Positions 48,490 to 59,423 of a DNA stretch of 64,000 nt are shown piece after piece. Source of the stretch: a virus (taxonomy: Duplodnaviria > Caudoviricetes); the IMG/VR virus record IMGVR_UViG_3300034374_009547; one strand, 5' to 3'. The position numbers and the translations under genes were made by a program. The notes under the pieces are model-generated. The model saw only the letters and a program-made list of their open reading frames with translations, was not told where the DNA came from and did no database searches. Positions within the stretch are counted from its first letter, which is position 1; every line of letters begins with the position of its first letter.

Positions 48490-51400
48490 ATGGCAACAAC
48501 AATTAGACACAAGCGAAGTGCGGTCGCGGGTAAGCAACCGTTAGTTTCTCAATTAGAATCAGGCGAATTAGCAATTAATACAGCAGATGGTAAAGTATAC
48601 CTATTGCGTGATGATAATACCGTACAAGATATTACTAAAAGAATTTTTGAAGGTAACTCAGAAGTAAAAGTTGATGACCTTGGCGATAGTACGGTAGCTC
48701 AAATTAGTGCTACGGTTAATGGTAATGAAGCATTAACAATCACTAATGCAGGATTTAATTTTAAAAATAATATAGATATTGAAAATGCAGGTACCTTAAC
48801 TTTTAGAGAACTTACAGCTTCAGGTGAAGACGGTGTAACTTTACAGCCTCCAAGTACACTAGACGCAGGTTATACTTTAACATTGCCACCTAACAAAGGT
48901 TCAGTCGGACAAATTTTAGCAGTTAATGCTAGTGGAGAATTGTTTTTTAATGACGCAGATATTTTTGGCGGAAACGTTCTCTATGTTTCGCAAGAGCAAG
49001 GTGACGATGAAAACGATGGACAAAGTGCTCCAGTTAAAACGGTTAAACGTGCATGTCAAATTGCCTCAGGACTAGTTTATAATTCAGATGGTAGTATCAA
49101 CTTCCGTAGAATCAACATCAAAGTTGCGGTTGGCGATTATACTGAACAAAACCCAATCATTGTTCCTGATAACACGGTTATTAAAGGTGATGGTTTGCGT
49201 GGTTGTATTATTCGCCCTGCAAACGCTAACTTAGATATTCTACGTGTCAGAAACGCTTGTTACTTTGGTGAATTTACTTTCCGTGATGGTGTCGACGATA
49301 ACTTCGTGCCATTGATTACAGGTGATTATTGTGTTGCATTTGATGATCCGGATGCAGTAGATGTGACAGATAGAAATACCTATCCAAACTTACCTAATAC
49401 TAAACCAACTATTACAACATCACCATATATTCAAAACTGCTCTATTCTTTCTTTCCTTGGGTTAAATGGTGCTAAGATCGATGGTAGTAAAGTTGAATCT
49501 CCTAACGTTCCTGTTAACCAAATTGAAGCAGAAAATCCAGTTGTTGGCGCAATACCTGAACAAGGTAAATCGATGGTTGCCAACGCATTTACCATGCTTT
49601 CGTTTGGTGGTACTGGGTGGCGACTAACTAACGATGCTTATGCACAGATCGTTTCGTGTTTCCAAATTTTCTTGCTTAACGGTGTGTATACACAATCAGG
49701 TGGTTATTGTTCAATTACTAACTCTGCTACAAACTTTGGTTTGTATGCTCTACGTTCAAGTGGTTATTCTCCAAAAGCATTCTCTTTTGACCGTTCGTTT
49801 GTAACTCAAACTGGTTCTAGTGAAGGTAAACAAACGGTTAGTGTTGTTGGTATTAATAGAGATGCTCCTGTTGAAGAATTTATTTTACGTTTTAGAGATC
49901 CAGATTATAAAACTGCTCATGATTTACTTCTTTCAAATAAACTATCTATTGCAGAAGATACGGTAACATGGATTAATGCACAAATTGCAGCTTCATCACC
50001 TAGTATATGGGCTGGATTTACATATAATGAAGACAAGTGTCGTAGAGATACTAGACTATTAGTTGATTCTATTAGATATGATATTATTTTTAATAGCAAT
50101 TATAGAACAATCAGTTCTGCACTTCGTTATTTTAGTGGAAGTTTTACAAATTTTGCAGACCAAAAAGATCAACATATTGCAGCGTTTGCACAAGCAAAAG
50201 CATACACAGCAAATATATTAAATGATGCAACTGCAACAAGTAGATCAAATGCACTTTGGGATGAAATTATTGACATTTTAACAAATGGTGATGCAAATAC
50301 CGTTCCAGGCGATGCTGTTGCTGATGCTTATAGTTTTCCTGATCCGACTAACTATAACACATCTTACCTAGTAGGATATGGTGATGCAAGAGATCAACTG
50401 CAAGCAAACAAACAATTTATTATTGATGAAATAACAGCTTGGATCGCTGTTCAAGTTGCTGCTGAAACTCCTCCTTTTGCTGGTTCATTTACATATGACG
50501 CAGCAAAATGTGAAAGAGACGTAGGATTAATTATAGACGCATTAATTTATGATATTACATATGGCGGCAACTTACAAACAAAACGTGCAGCAGAAGCATA
50601 CTTTGTTGGCACAACTGCACAATACGGAGCAAACCAAAAAGAAGAAACTATTGCAGCTTACGAAAGACTTAGAGACGTAATAGCTGATGTTATTTTAGAA
50701 GTAGCAGTTACTAAATCAACAGGTAATGCTCAAACACAAGATACAAGTAATACAGCAGGTAGTGCAGCAAGTAAAACATTTGCAGTGGCTAGAATTCAAG
50801 AAATTATTGATTTTATTGATGGTGGTGGTGTAAACGAAGTAACAACTATCGAGCCAGGCACAGATTGGGTTTCAGGTAATAATGAATTTGAAGCATATAA
50901 TAGACTTAACAACGAGGGTGCTGTTAATATTGCTCAAAATACAACTGAATGGATCAATGAACAAATTCAAGCCAATATTTGGTATGGATTTACATACGAT
51001 CAATCTAAGTGTCAACGTGATACACAATTGATTGTTGAAGCTGTTGCAAAAGATACTTGGGATACTGGTAACAGATATTCACGTAGTGCTGGCCTATCTT
51101 ATTATACACAAAACTTACAAGACTCGACTAGAATAAGCATTAGTGGACAAGAATTACAAACAATTGCAGCTATTGATCAAGCAGCAGTATATGCTAACAC
51201 GTACATTACTAGTACAAGTATTGCTGTACAAGATTTTGTTAATACTAGATTTGGAATCGTTACAACGGTTATTAATGATCCAAATGATTTACCACAACCA
51301 ACTGAAGTAAGTAGTGAAGGTGATATTACAAACTCTTACAAAACAACACCAACAGAAACAACGTTTAATGCTGCTACAAACGTAAACGCTGATACAAATA

Positions 51401-54400
51401 TTTTTACTATTACTAGTCATGGATTTACTAATGGACAAAAATTAATTTATGATTCTGATGGTAATACTCCTATTGTTGGACTTGATAACGAACAAACATA
51501 TTATGTTAAAATTTTAGATGCAAACGAGTTTACTCTTACGTTTGACGAATCAGGAGATTTTGATGTTGATATTAGAGCAGTAGGTGCAAATACTCACAAG
51601 TTCTTCTCAAATGTTATTGAATTTTTTGTTGAAGAAGTTTTAAGTTCACATCAAACATATCAAACACTTATATTAGAATCGGGCGCAGAAAGTTATAACT
51701 TTGTTCCAGGTAGACAAATTTCAGGTACTACAGGTGCTAACAACAATAGTGCTCTTGTTTATGAATGGGAACCAAGAGATCGCAGACTTGTTGTAAGTGT
51801 TGAAGAAGTAAGTGTTGGTGCGTCTACATTACGAGTTCAATTTGACGAAACAAGTATTATTAGTAGTGACCATTCACCAAGTCCTAACAACACAATTTCA
51901 ATTAACGAAGTTGCTGCTAAAACTGGTTTAGGTACAGCAACATTTAGTATTACAGCTACAGATGGTAGTGCAAGTTTAACTAATCTAGTTAACTTGCCAG
52001 AAAAACAATGTTGGTTCCATAGACCAAGTATTGTTAACTCATCATCGCATACTTGGGAATATGCAGGTTCGGGTACAGACTATAACGCTCTACCACAGAA
52101 CGGTGGTAATACAAAAGAAGAATTTGAACAATTCGAAGAACTGCCAGGGCGTGTGTACTCATCAGGTACAAACGAACTTGGTGACTTTAAAGTTGGTGAC
52201 TTTATTACAGCGTTCAACAGAACTGGTAACATTACATTTAGAAACAAAGTTCAGGTGGATGAACTTGATGCTTTGAGACTGAGCTTGTCAGATGTTGCTA
52301 TTGAAGAAATCTCAACAAGTGTTAACTTAGGTGACGACGAACTTGGTGGCCCGAGTGATTCACGCATGGTTACTCAGCTTGCTGTTAGATCGTTTATTTC
52401 CAACAGACTAGGTGGCTTTGTTGATAAGTCAGTTTCAACTGCGGCTGTTCCTGGTGCTATTGTTCAATTGAATACAAACGGTCAGCTTAATCCTGACTTG
52501 ATTCCAGCAACACGTCAGTTTACAAACACAAACTCAAATGGTTATTTAAGTAGACTACTATTGATTAACACTATTCCTGCAACAGACTTAAAAGCTGGTG
52601 ATATTGGTACTGAAAATTATGAACAAGTTGAATTAATTCTTAGTGGAAACATCACAGCAGCTGATGGCGCCACAATCACACAACCTGGTGTTGACGGTGC
52701 AATTGGTTATGCTAAAGGTTCGTATAGTGCTAGTGGAAACATTCTTGTTGCAACAATCGGCGAAGCATGGGATGCCAACGAAGATAGTACAGGCGATCCA
52801 TGGGAAGTAAGCGCAGGAAACTTATTTGTGAATGGCGTAGACAGCGGTGTAAATATAAGTTCAAAAGGCGTTAGTAGTGAAATTATTGACAATTTCTTCT
52901 TACGTAGTAGTAATTCAAGTCAGTATCTAGTATTAGATGTAGACGACACATATAACTTTACTACAGGAGTTACTATCAGTAACTTGGCAAGAACTAGTAA
53001 TGTTGTTACCGTAACAACTAGCACTGCTCATGGATTTAAAATTGGAAACGTGGCTAGAGTTTATACTAGCGACGACGAAACATTCATACAAAACGGAGAA
53101 GTTTTAACCGTTCCTACTAGTACTTCATTTACAATTGCAAATACAGGTATAGATGTTAGTAGTTTTGCAGTTACAGATGGAAAGGTTTACACAATTGTTA
53201 CATCTGCTGATGGAAATGCTCAAGGTGCTGTTACAGAATCTAGATTTGGCGTATTAACTAATATTGATAATACAAGCATCACAGCTGGTAGTGGTTATCT
53301 ACCATCTGGAGGTACTCTAGTGTACAAAGATGTTCCTTTGACTGCAAACACAGGCGTAGGAACTGGTGCTACAGCTGATATTACGGTTACAGCAGGAGCT
53401 GTTACAGATGTTGATATTGCAACTGGTGGTAGTGGATATGCAGTAGGAGATTTATTAAGTGCAAATAATTCTAATTTAGGAGGCGCAGGCTCTAGCTTCG
53501 AATGTGAAGTTGTAAGTGTAGAAAAACGTGCATATGTTGATATTTTAGGAGGTGAATTATTTGTTGCTAGTGCATCAAGTATTGACTTTGTTGAAGATAA
53601 TGATAGTGTTGACACAAAGAAAACTATTAACCTAGATGATACAAGAGGATTTAATTTCTTAGCAGGTACTACAGGCGGCGGCGGTGCTGTTGACTATATT
53701 GATTACAGAATTAATATTCCAAATCATGGATTTACAAGCGGTGATCCTTTAAAATATGATACATTAGGCAATGTTGCAATTGGTGGGTTGTTGAATGGAA
53801 ATGTATATTATGCAAAAAGTATCGACGCAAATAATATAGAATTATACGAAGGATTTTCTCTTTTAAACAAAGTTGAATTTACTAGTACACCTGCAAACAA
53901 CAACCATAATTTGACTAGATATGTAGTTAATGTTGTTGATAATAGTATTTTAGTTGAAGGACATGGATTAACAACAGGCGATGCTATCAGAATTGAAAGT
54001 TTAGACGACGGTTCTAGTGCAAATGTTCTTCCTGATATCACAGGAGACGCAATTACTAGTGGTAGTAGATTCTTTGTAGGATCTGTAACAACTAATTCAT
54101 TTACTTTGCACGAACTTAGAAGTGATGCATTGAGCAGTATTAATGACCTAGTAACAAACGCTAAAGATATCGACGATGTAGGTGTAGGTAGTGCAGATAT
54201 TATTGCAAACAACGTTAGTGTACAGGCAGTTGTAAACACATCGAGTAAAACAAAAGATAACTGGAGTACACTTGCTGTCACAAACATTGATGCAGAAAAT
54301 ATTATTTCAGGTACTATTTCTCCATCACGCTTAGGTGCAAGTGGTACACCAAACAGCGATACAGCATTATTTGGTGATAGTGGATACAAGGTTGTTGTGC

Positions 54401-57400
54401 AAACACTGAAAAAAGCAACAACAACAGACAATCCAATTACACTTACAGGCTCAAGTATAGGTGCAGAATTCTATGGTGATCCTGTAAACATTGGTATTGC
54501 AAACGTTGATTTTGATGCACTTGCAACATTCTCAAAACTAGGTACAGCAAGATTCTTACAAACACAATTTGATGTTGCAAGTGATGGTAGCGGACAAGTG
54601 TTTATCAAAGACGGTGTAGTAGATGCTGGTACACTTGACGGACTTGATAGTAGTTATTTCTTAAACCCTGCTAACTTAACTAGCCTTGTACCAGTTACAA
54701 GAGGTGGTACTGCTATCGGTACATATGCTATAGGTGATATACTTTATGCACAATCTTCAGGTTCATTAAATACTCTAAATATAGGTAGAGCAAATAACTT
54801 CTTAAAGTCAAATGGTACTACACCAGAATGGGGTACAGCACTTGACTTGTCAGAAGGTTTGGACGTTGGATCTGCAAAACTAAGCTCAACTAGTACAGGT
54901 ACAGGTAGCTTATATAATGAAAATGTAACAAGTTTAGATATTGGCGGCGCAGCAACAAATATTAAAATTGGTAGTGTTGATGTAACTAGAAACTTGTTAC
55001 CATTTATTGATGGGTACGAAGCTACTATTTCTCAAAGTGTTGTTGTTAATTTAGGAAGTTTAACTGCTAACACAAATGATCCAGTAGCCAACGGTGAAAC
55101 TGAAGTTCCAATGGCAGACACAAGCTCAATACTTGTTGGTATGCTTGTTACTGGCAGTGGTAGTATTCCTGCAAATACAACGGTTAGTGGTGTTACAGAT
55201 GATTACATTTACTTGAGTGCAAATACAACAGGAACTATCTTTAGTGGTACTACACTAACCTTTACTTATACACCGTTTACAATTGGTGTACGTGATGGTG
55301 ATACTATCAACTTAAACGGCACAACGGTAACTAATTTAGACGGTAGCTGGCCTGTAATTGGTGCAACAAGTATTGCTACATCATTTACAATTAGAACAAC
55401 ATCTAATGTGACAGCTGATCCTAATGATGTTGTACAAGGTACAGCTACTATTGATGCTAACATGGTTATTAAAACACCAAAAGTTATTATTGGTGCTGCT
55501 GAAGCAAGTACAAGTCCAACAAATGCATCACTAGAAGGTAGTGATGGTATTGGTACTGATGTTGCTGGCGGATCTATGACAATTGAAGCAGGTATCGGTA
55601 CAGGTAATTCAACAGGCGCAGATATTATCTTTAAAACAGGTGAAGTTTCTACTACAAGCAATAATCCTCAAACATCAACAGAACGTTTGAGAATTGATAC
55701 TAGTGGTAAAGCAACCTTCACTGGTGAAGTAGAAGTTAACAACACTATTAGTACAACTGAAACCACGGTTGCTCTTTTAGACGATACTGCAACTACAATT
55801 AATATGGGCGGCGCTGCAACTACCGTCGAAATTGGTGCAGCTACAGGTACAACTACAATCCATAACAATGTTGATATTGATTTAGATTTAAATGTAGATG
55901 GTAGTGATATAACAACTAATCAAACAGGTACATTTAATCTGATTAATACAAACGCTACAACACTTAACATAGGTGGTGCAGCTACAACAATTAACATGGG
56001 TACAGGTGGTGATGGCGGTGGTACTACTACTATTGGACATGATTTAGTTGTTACAGGCGATCTTACCGTAAACGGCAATACAACAACAATCAATAGTACA
56101 ACATTGACCGTTGATGACTTGAATATCGTTATAGCAAGTGGTGCTGCAAGTGCAGCAGCAGCTAATGGTGCTGGATTAACAATTGATGGTGCAAATGTAA
56201 CATTTACATATGACAGCGGTCAAGATAGAATGGATCTTAATGAAGATCTAAACTTAGAATCTGGTAACGCATTCTTTATAAATGATCAAAGTGTGTTAAA
56301 TGCCACAACACTTGGTGCAGCAGTAGTAAACTCTAGTTTACAAACTCTAGGTACAATTAGTACAGGTATATGGCAAGGTACAATTATTTCTCCAACCTAC
56401 GGTGGTACAGGAATAAACAATGGTACTAAAACTATTACTTTAGGCGGAAATTTAACAACAAGTGGTGCATTTAATAGTACATTTACTATGACAGGTGCAA
56501 CAAGTGTTACATTCCCAACAAGCGGTACACTTGCAATTACAGGTAATCCGTTAAGTCAGTTTGCGTCTACAACAAGTGCTCAATTACGTGGAGTGTTAAG
56601 TGACGAAACAGGTACAGGTGTTGCAGTGTTTGGTACAAGTCCAACATTTACAACAGGTATTAATGCTGCAAGCACAACTATGGCATTGTTTGATACAACA
56701 GCAACTACATTAAACTTAGCTAGAGCTGCAACATCAATTACAATAGGTGCTACAACAGGTACTACAAACATTAGACATAACTTAAATGTTACAGGCGATC
56801 TAGACATAGATGGTGGTGACTTAACATTTAGTGATGCAAGTATTAATATTGCAAACACTACACCAACTACAATTACCATGGGTAATGCAGCAACAACATT
56901 TACATTAGGTGCTACAACAGGTACTTTAACCGTTAGAAATGCTACTACAACACTTAATGGTAATTTGAACGTTAACGGAAACACAATTGATACTGACGAA
57001 ACAGGTACATTTAATCTTGTAAAAGATAACGTAACAACGTTAGCATTTGCACAAGCAGCAACTGAAATAGTTGTTGGCGAAACCAAAGCAGCAGCAGATC
57101 TTGCTGGTGCGCTAGGTGAAATGGTTGTTAGACTAGATTTACGAACCAATAACGACATGTACATTGATGGTGATCTATTTGTTAGCCAAATTAACAACAC
57201 ACCAATTGGTAACGTAACTCCGAGTACAGGTGCATTTACTACACTTGCTGCAAATAACTTTGTAACATTCACTGATGCAACAAATGCAACAGGTGCAACA
57301 TTTGCAACAGGAACAGCAGCAGTAAAAATTACAGGCGGGTTGTACGTTGCAAAAGATATACGTGCAGATAATTTTATTGGTGATATGGATGCTAGTTACT

Positions 57401-59343
57401 TAACAAGTGGTATAATTCCAGATGCACGTATTCAATCAAGTGGTGTTACACAGCACCAATTGGATATCACAGGTACTGGTGCGCTAAACGCAGGTAGTAT
57501 TACAAGTGGCTTTGGCAACATCAACATTGGTACAAGTATCTTCTCAGGTAATGGTAGTGGATTAACAACGCTAAATGCAAGCAACTTATCAAGTGGTACC
57601 GTTGCAGATGCACGTATTCAATCAAGCAGTATTACACAACACCAAGGAGATATCACAGGTACTGGCGCACTAAACAGCGGTAGTATTACAAATGGATTTG
57701 GTAGCATTGATATTGGTACTGACATATTTACTGGTAATGGTAGCGGACTTACAACTCTAAATGCAAGTAACTTGTCAAGCGGTACCGTAAGCGGTAGTAG
57801 ACTTGGTGGAAATCAGTCAATGGCAGGTGTAAAAACATTTAGCGACACAACTGCTTCTACAAGTACTACAACAGGTGCAGTAAAAATTGCAGGCGGTTTA
57901 GGTGTTGCAGGCGACTTATATGCAGGTACACTTAACGGTAATGGTGCCGGATTAACCAGTCTAAATGCTTCTAATTTAGGTAGTGGAACCGTGCCTAACG
58001 CACGTATCAGTGGTACATACAGCAACATAACTGGTACAGGTGCTCTTAATGCAGGTGAGATTACAAGCGGCTTTGGTAACATCAATATTGGTACAAGTAC
58101 ATTTACTGGTAACGGTAGTGGATTGACCAGCGTTAATGCTGCTACACTTGATGGCATTGATAGTTTAAGTTTCCTACGTAGTGACCAAGCAGACACAATG
58201 ACCGGACTACTTACACTTAATCATGCTGGTAATGAAATGTTACGTATGCAAGATACTGCTGCTGATGGATCGCCATATATTACATGGTATCAAGCAGGAA
58301 CACGTAGAGGTTACATCCAATATGTTGACGGCGGTGATAGAATGTATATTGCTAACGAAGGTGGAAGTACTGCTATCGATCTTGACGGAGGTGTTAACGG
58401 ACTTATCTTTAGAAATGGCGCAAATGCCTACACCGTTTGGCACAGCGGTAACGATGGTGCAGGTAGCGGACTAAGTGCTGATAACCTAGATGGTATTAGT
58501 TCAGGTAGTTTCTTACGCAGTGATGCTGATGATAGTTTCTCAGGAACACTTAGTGGTGCCGGTGCTATCAATATTACAGGTAACGTAACTGCTAATGCAT
58601 TTAGTGGTGACGGTAGTGGACTTACTGGTATTAGTGCAGACGATGCTAATACACTAGACGGTATTGATAGCAGTCAGTTCTTACGTAGCGATCAAAATGA
58701 CACAATGGATGCAGGAGTCAACACTACACTAACTATTTTGTCAGACGACACCGGTGCGTCAACTATTCAGTTGTACGGAAACAGCCAAGGTACTGGTAGA
58801 GTTTATGTAGGACAAAGTAGTGCATACGGTGGTGGTATTGAATACAACGGTGATAACTCTCCAGCAACAACTGGCGCTGGTAGTGATTACATCACACTAT
58901 GGCGTAGAGATAACGGCACAGATAGTTGGACAGGTAGAAACCAGTATAACAGCAACAACTGGGAGTTTAGAGGCGAAGTTACAGCGTATGCGTCAGATGC
59001 TAGACTCAAAGATGTTACAGGCAATATTGATAATGCTATAGAAAAAGTCAAAGCACTAAACGGTGTAATTTATACTTGGAATGATACTGCATATGAAAAA
59101 GGTTTAAAAACTTACGCAGATGATAAAGCACCAGAAGCTGGTTTGCTTGCCCAAGAAGTTCAAAAAGTATTACCAGAAGTAGTTGTACCTGCTCCGTTTG
59201 ATAAAGAATACCTAACTATCAAATATGAGCGTGTTGTACCACTACTTGTTGAAGCAATCAAAGAGCAACAAGCACAGATTGATGCTCAAGCAACGGAGAT
59301 TGCAGAACTACGTGAAATGGTACAAAAACTACTGGATAAATAA
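48490..59343 (+). CDS. Giant tail fibre (3617 aa) with C-terminal peptidase S74 intramolecular chaperone
   Basis: N-terminal HKRS...LESGELAINTADGKVY fibre anchor motif, beta-helix module paralogous to the 3129-aa protein, and LDG.DS..FLRSD repeats. C-terminal SDARLKDV...GLLAQEVQKVLPEVV...YERVVPLLVEAIKEQQ is the S74 pattern. Confidence 0.9.
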   Translation: MATTIRHKRSAVAGKQPLVSQLESGELAINTADGKVYLLRDDNTVQDITKRIFEGNSEVKVDDLGDSTVAQISATVNGNEALTITNAGFNFKNNIDIENAGTLTFRELTASGEDGVTLQPPSTLDAGYTLTLPPNKGSVGQILAVNASGELFFNDADIFGGNVLYVSQEQGDDENDGQSAPVKTVKRACQIASGLVYNSDGSINFRRINIKVAVGDYTEQNPIIVPDNTVIKGDGLRGCIIRPANANLDILRVRNACYFGEFTFRDGVDDNFVPLITGDYCVAFDDPDAVDVTDRNTYPNLPNTKPTITTSPYIQNCSILSFLGLNGAKIDGSKVESPNVPVNQIEAENPVVGAIPEQGKSMVANAFTMLSFGGTGWRLTNDAYAQIVSCFQIFLLNGVYTQSGGYCSITNSATNFGLYALRSSGYSPKAFSFDRSFVTQTGSSEGKQTVSVVGINRDAPVEEFILRFRDPDYKTAHDLLLSNKLSIAEDTVTWINAQIAASSPSIWAGFTYNEDKCRRDTRLLVDSIRYDIIFNSNYRTISSALRYFSGSFTNFADQKDQHIAAFAQAKAYTANILNDATATSRSNALWDEIIDILTNGDANTVPGDAVADAYSFPDPTNYNTSYLVGYGDARDQLQANKQFIIDEITAWIAVQVAAETPPFAGSFTYDAAKCERDVGLIIDALIYDITYGGNLQTKRAAEAYFVGTTAQYGANQKEETIAAYERLRDVIADVILEVAVTKSTGNAQTQDTSNTAGSAASKTFAVARIQEIIDFIDGGGVNEVTTIEPGTDWVSGNNEFEAYNRLNNEGAVNIAQNTTEWINEQIQANIWYGFTYDQSKCQRDTQLIVEAVAKDTWDTGNRYSRSAGLSYYTQNLQDSTRISISGQELQTIAAIDQAAVYANTYITSTSIAVQDFVNTRFGIVTTVINDPNDLPQPTEVSSEGDITNSYKTTPTETTFNAATNVNADTNIFTITSHGFTNGQKLIYDSDGNTPIVGLDNEQTYYVKILDANEFTLTFDESGDFDVDIRAVGANTHKFFSNVIEFFVEEVLSSHQTYQTLILESGAESYNFVPGRQISGTTGANNNSALVYEWEPRDRRLVVSVEEVSVGASTLRVQFDETSIISSDHSPSPNNTISINEVAAKTGLGTATFSITATDGSASLTNLVNLPEKQCWFHRPSIVNSSSHTWEYAGSGTDYNALPQNGGNTKEEFEQFEELPGRVYSSGTNELGDFKVGDFITAFNRTGNITFRNKVQVDELDALRLSLSDVAIEEISTSVNLGDDELGGPSDSRMVTQLAVRSFISNRLGGFVDKSVSTAAVPGAIVQLNTNGQLNPDLIPATRQFTNTNSNGYLSRLLLINTIPATDLKAGDIGTENYEQVELILSGNITAADGATITQPGVDGAIGYAKGSYSASGNILVATIGEAWDANEDSTGDPWEVSAGNLFVNGVDSGVNISSKGVSSEIIDNFFLRSSNSSQYLVLDVDDTYNFTTGVTISNLARTSNVVTVTTSTAHGFKIGNVARVYTSDDETFIQNGEVLTVPTSTSFTIANTGIDVSSFAVTDGKVYTIVTSADGNAQGAVTESRFGVLTNIDNTSITAGSGYLPSGGTLVYKDVPLTANTGVGTGATADITVTAGAVTDVDIATGGSGYAVGDLLSANNSNLGGAGSSFECEVVSVEKRAYVDILGGELFVASASSIDFVEDNDSVDTKKTINLDDTRGFNFLAGTTGGGGAVDYIDYRINIPNHGFTSGDPLKYDTLGNVAIGGLLNGNVYYAKSIDANNIELYEGFSLLNKVEFTSTPANNNHNLTRYVVNVVDNSILVEGHGLTTGDAIRIESLDDGSSANVLPDITGDAITSGSRFFVGSVTTNSFTLHELRSDALSSINDLVTNAKDIDDVGVGSADIIANNVSVQAVVNTSSKTKDNWSTLAVTNIDAENIISGTISPSRLGASGTPNSDTALFGDSGYKVVVQTLKKATTTDNPITLTGSSIGAEFYGDPVNIGIANVDFDALATFSKLGTARFLQTQFDVASDGSGQVFIKDGVVDAGTLDGLDSSYFLNPANLTSLVPVTRGGTAIGTYAIGDILYAQSSGSLNTLNIGRANNFLKSNGTTPEWGTALDLSEGLDVGSAKLSSTSTGTGSLYNENVTSLDIGGAATNIKIGSVDVTRNLLPFIDGYEATISQSVVVNLGSLTANTNDPVANGETEVPMADTSSILVGMLVTGSGSIPANTTVSGVTDDYIYLSANTTGTIFSGTTLTFTYTPFTIGVRDGDTINLNGTTVTNLDGSWPVIGATSIATSFTIRTTSNVTADPNDVVQGTATIDANMVIKTPKVIIGAAEASTSPTNASLEGSDGIGTDVAGGSMTIEAGIGTGNSTGADIIFKTGEVSTTSNNPQTSTERLRIDTSGKATFTGEVEVNNTISTTETTVALLDDTATTINMGGAATTVEIGAATGTTTIHNNVDIDLDLNVDGSDITTNQTGTFNLINTNATTLNIGGAATTINMGTGGDGGGTTTIGHDLVVTGDLTVNGNTTTINSTTLTVDDLNIVIASGAASAAAANGAGLTIDGANVTFTYDSGQDRMDLNEDLNLESGNAFFINDQSVLNATTLGAAVVNSSLQTLGTISTGIWQGTIISPTYGGTGINNGTKTITLGGNLTTSGAFNSTFTMTGATSVTFPTSGTLAITGNPLSQFASTTSAQLRGVLSDETGTGVAVFGTSPTFTTGINAASTTMALFDTTATTLNLARAATSITIGATTGTTNIRHNLNVTGDLDIDGGDLTFSDASINIANTTPTTITMGNAATTFTLGATTGTLTVRNATTTLNGNLNVNGNTIDTDETGTFNLVKDNVTTLAFAQAATEIVVGETKAAADLAGALGEMVVRLDLRTNNDMYIDGDLFVSQINNTPIGNVTPSTGAFTTLAANNFVTFTDATNATGATFATGTAAVKITGGLYVAKDIRADNFIGDMDASYLTSGIIPDARIQSSGVTQHQLDITGTGALNAGSITSGFGNINIGTSIFSGNGSGLTTLNASNLSSGTVADARIQSSSITQHQGDITGTGALNSGSITNGFGSIDIGTDIFTGNGSGLTTLNASNLSSGTVSGSRLGGNQSMAGVKTFSDTTASTSTTTGAVKIAGGLGVAGDLYAGTLNGNGAGLTSLNASNLGSGTVPNARISGTYSNITGTGALNAGEITSGFGNINIGTSTFTGNGSGLTSVNAATLDGIDSLSFLRSDQADTMTGLLTLNHAGNEMLRMQDTAADGSPYITWYQAGTRRGYIQYVDGGDRMYIANEGGSTAIDLDGGVNGLIFRNGANAYTVWHSGNDGAGSGLSADNLDGISSGSFLRSDADDSFSGTLSGAGAINITGNVTANAFSGDGSGLTGISADDANTLDGIDSSQFLRSDQNDTMDAGVNTTLTILSDDTGASTIQLYGNSQGTGRVYVGQSSAYGGGIEYNGDNSPATTGAGSDYITLWRRDNGTDSWTGRNQYNSNNWEFRGEVTAYASDARLKDVTGNIDNAIEKVKALNGVIYTWNDTAYEKGLKTYADDKAPEAGLLAQEVQKVLPEVVVPAPFDKEYLTIKYERVVPLLVEAIKEQQAQIDAQATEIAELREMVQKLLDK
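57421..58140 (+). repeat. Intragenic tandem ~62-aa (186-nt) repeats in the distal fibre
   Basis: DARIQSS...ITGTGALN.GSIT.GFG.I.IGT..F.GNGSGLTTLNASNLSSGTV starts at 57421 and 57607, with a third copy from ~57997. Confidence 0.85.
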
Positions 59344-59348
59344 AATTA

Positions 59349-59377
59349 AGATAGCCGGATTTTTCGGCTATCTATTT
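59349..59377 (+). terminator. Probable intrinsic terminator after the fibre gene
   Basis: AGATAGCCGGA-TTT-TTCGGCTATCT hairpin followed by ATTT (short U tract). Confidence 0.65.
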
Positions 59378-59404
59378 GACACAATGTAAATAGTATGTTA
59401 TTAT
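59376..59404 (+). promoter_or_regulatory. sigma70-type promoter with extended -10, overlapping late-promoter cores
   Basis: TTGACA(59376-81)-N17-TATTAT(59399-404) with TG at 59396-97. TAAATA at 59387-92 and 59409-14. Confidence 0.7.
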
Positions 59405-59423
59405 AGAGTAAATAGGAAATAAT

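Noticed and set aside
53295-58196. Minus-strand ORFs up to 230 aa inside the 3617-aa fibre gene
   Set aside because: Antisense shadows of a Thr/Gly-rich coding sequence with few reverse stops.
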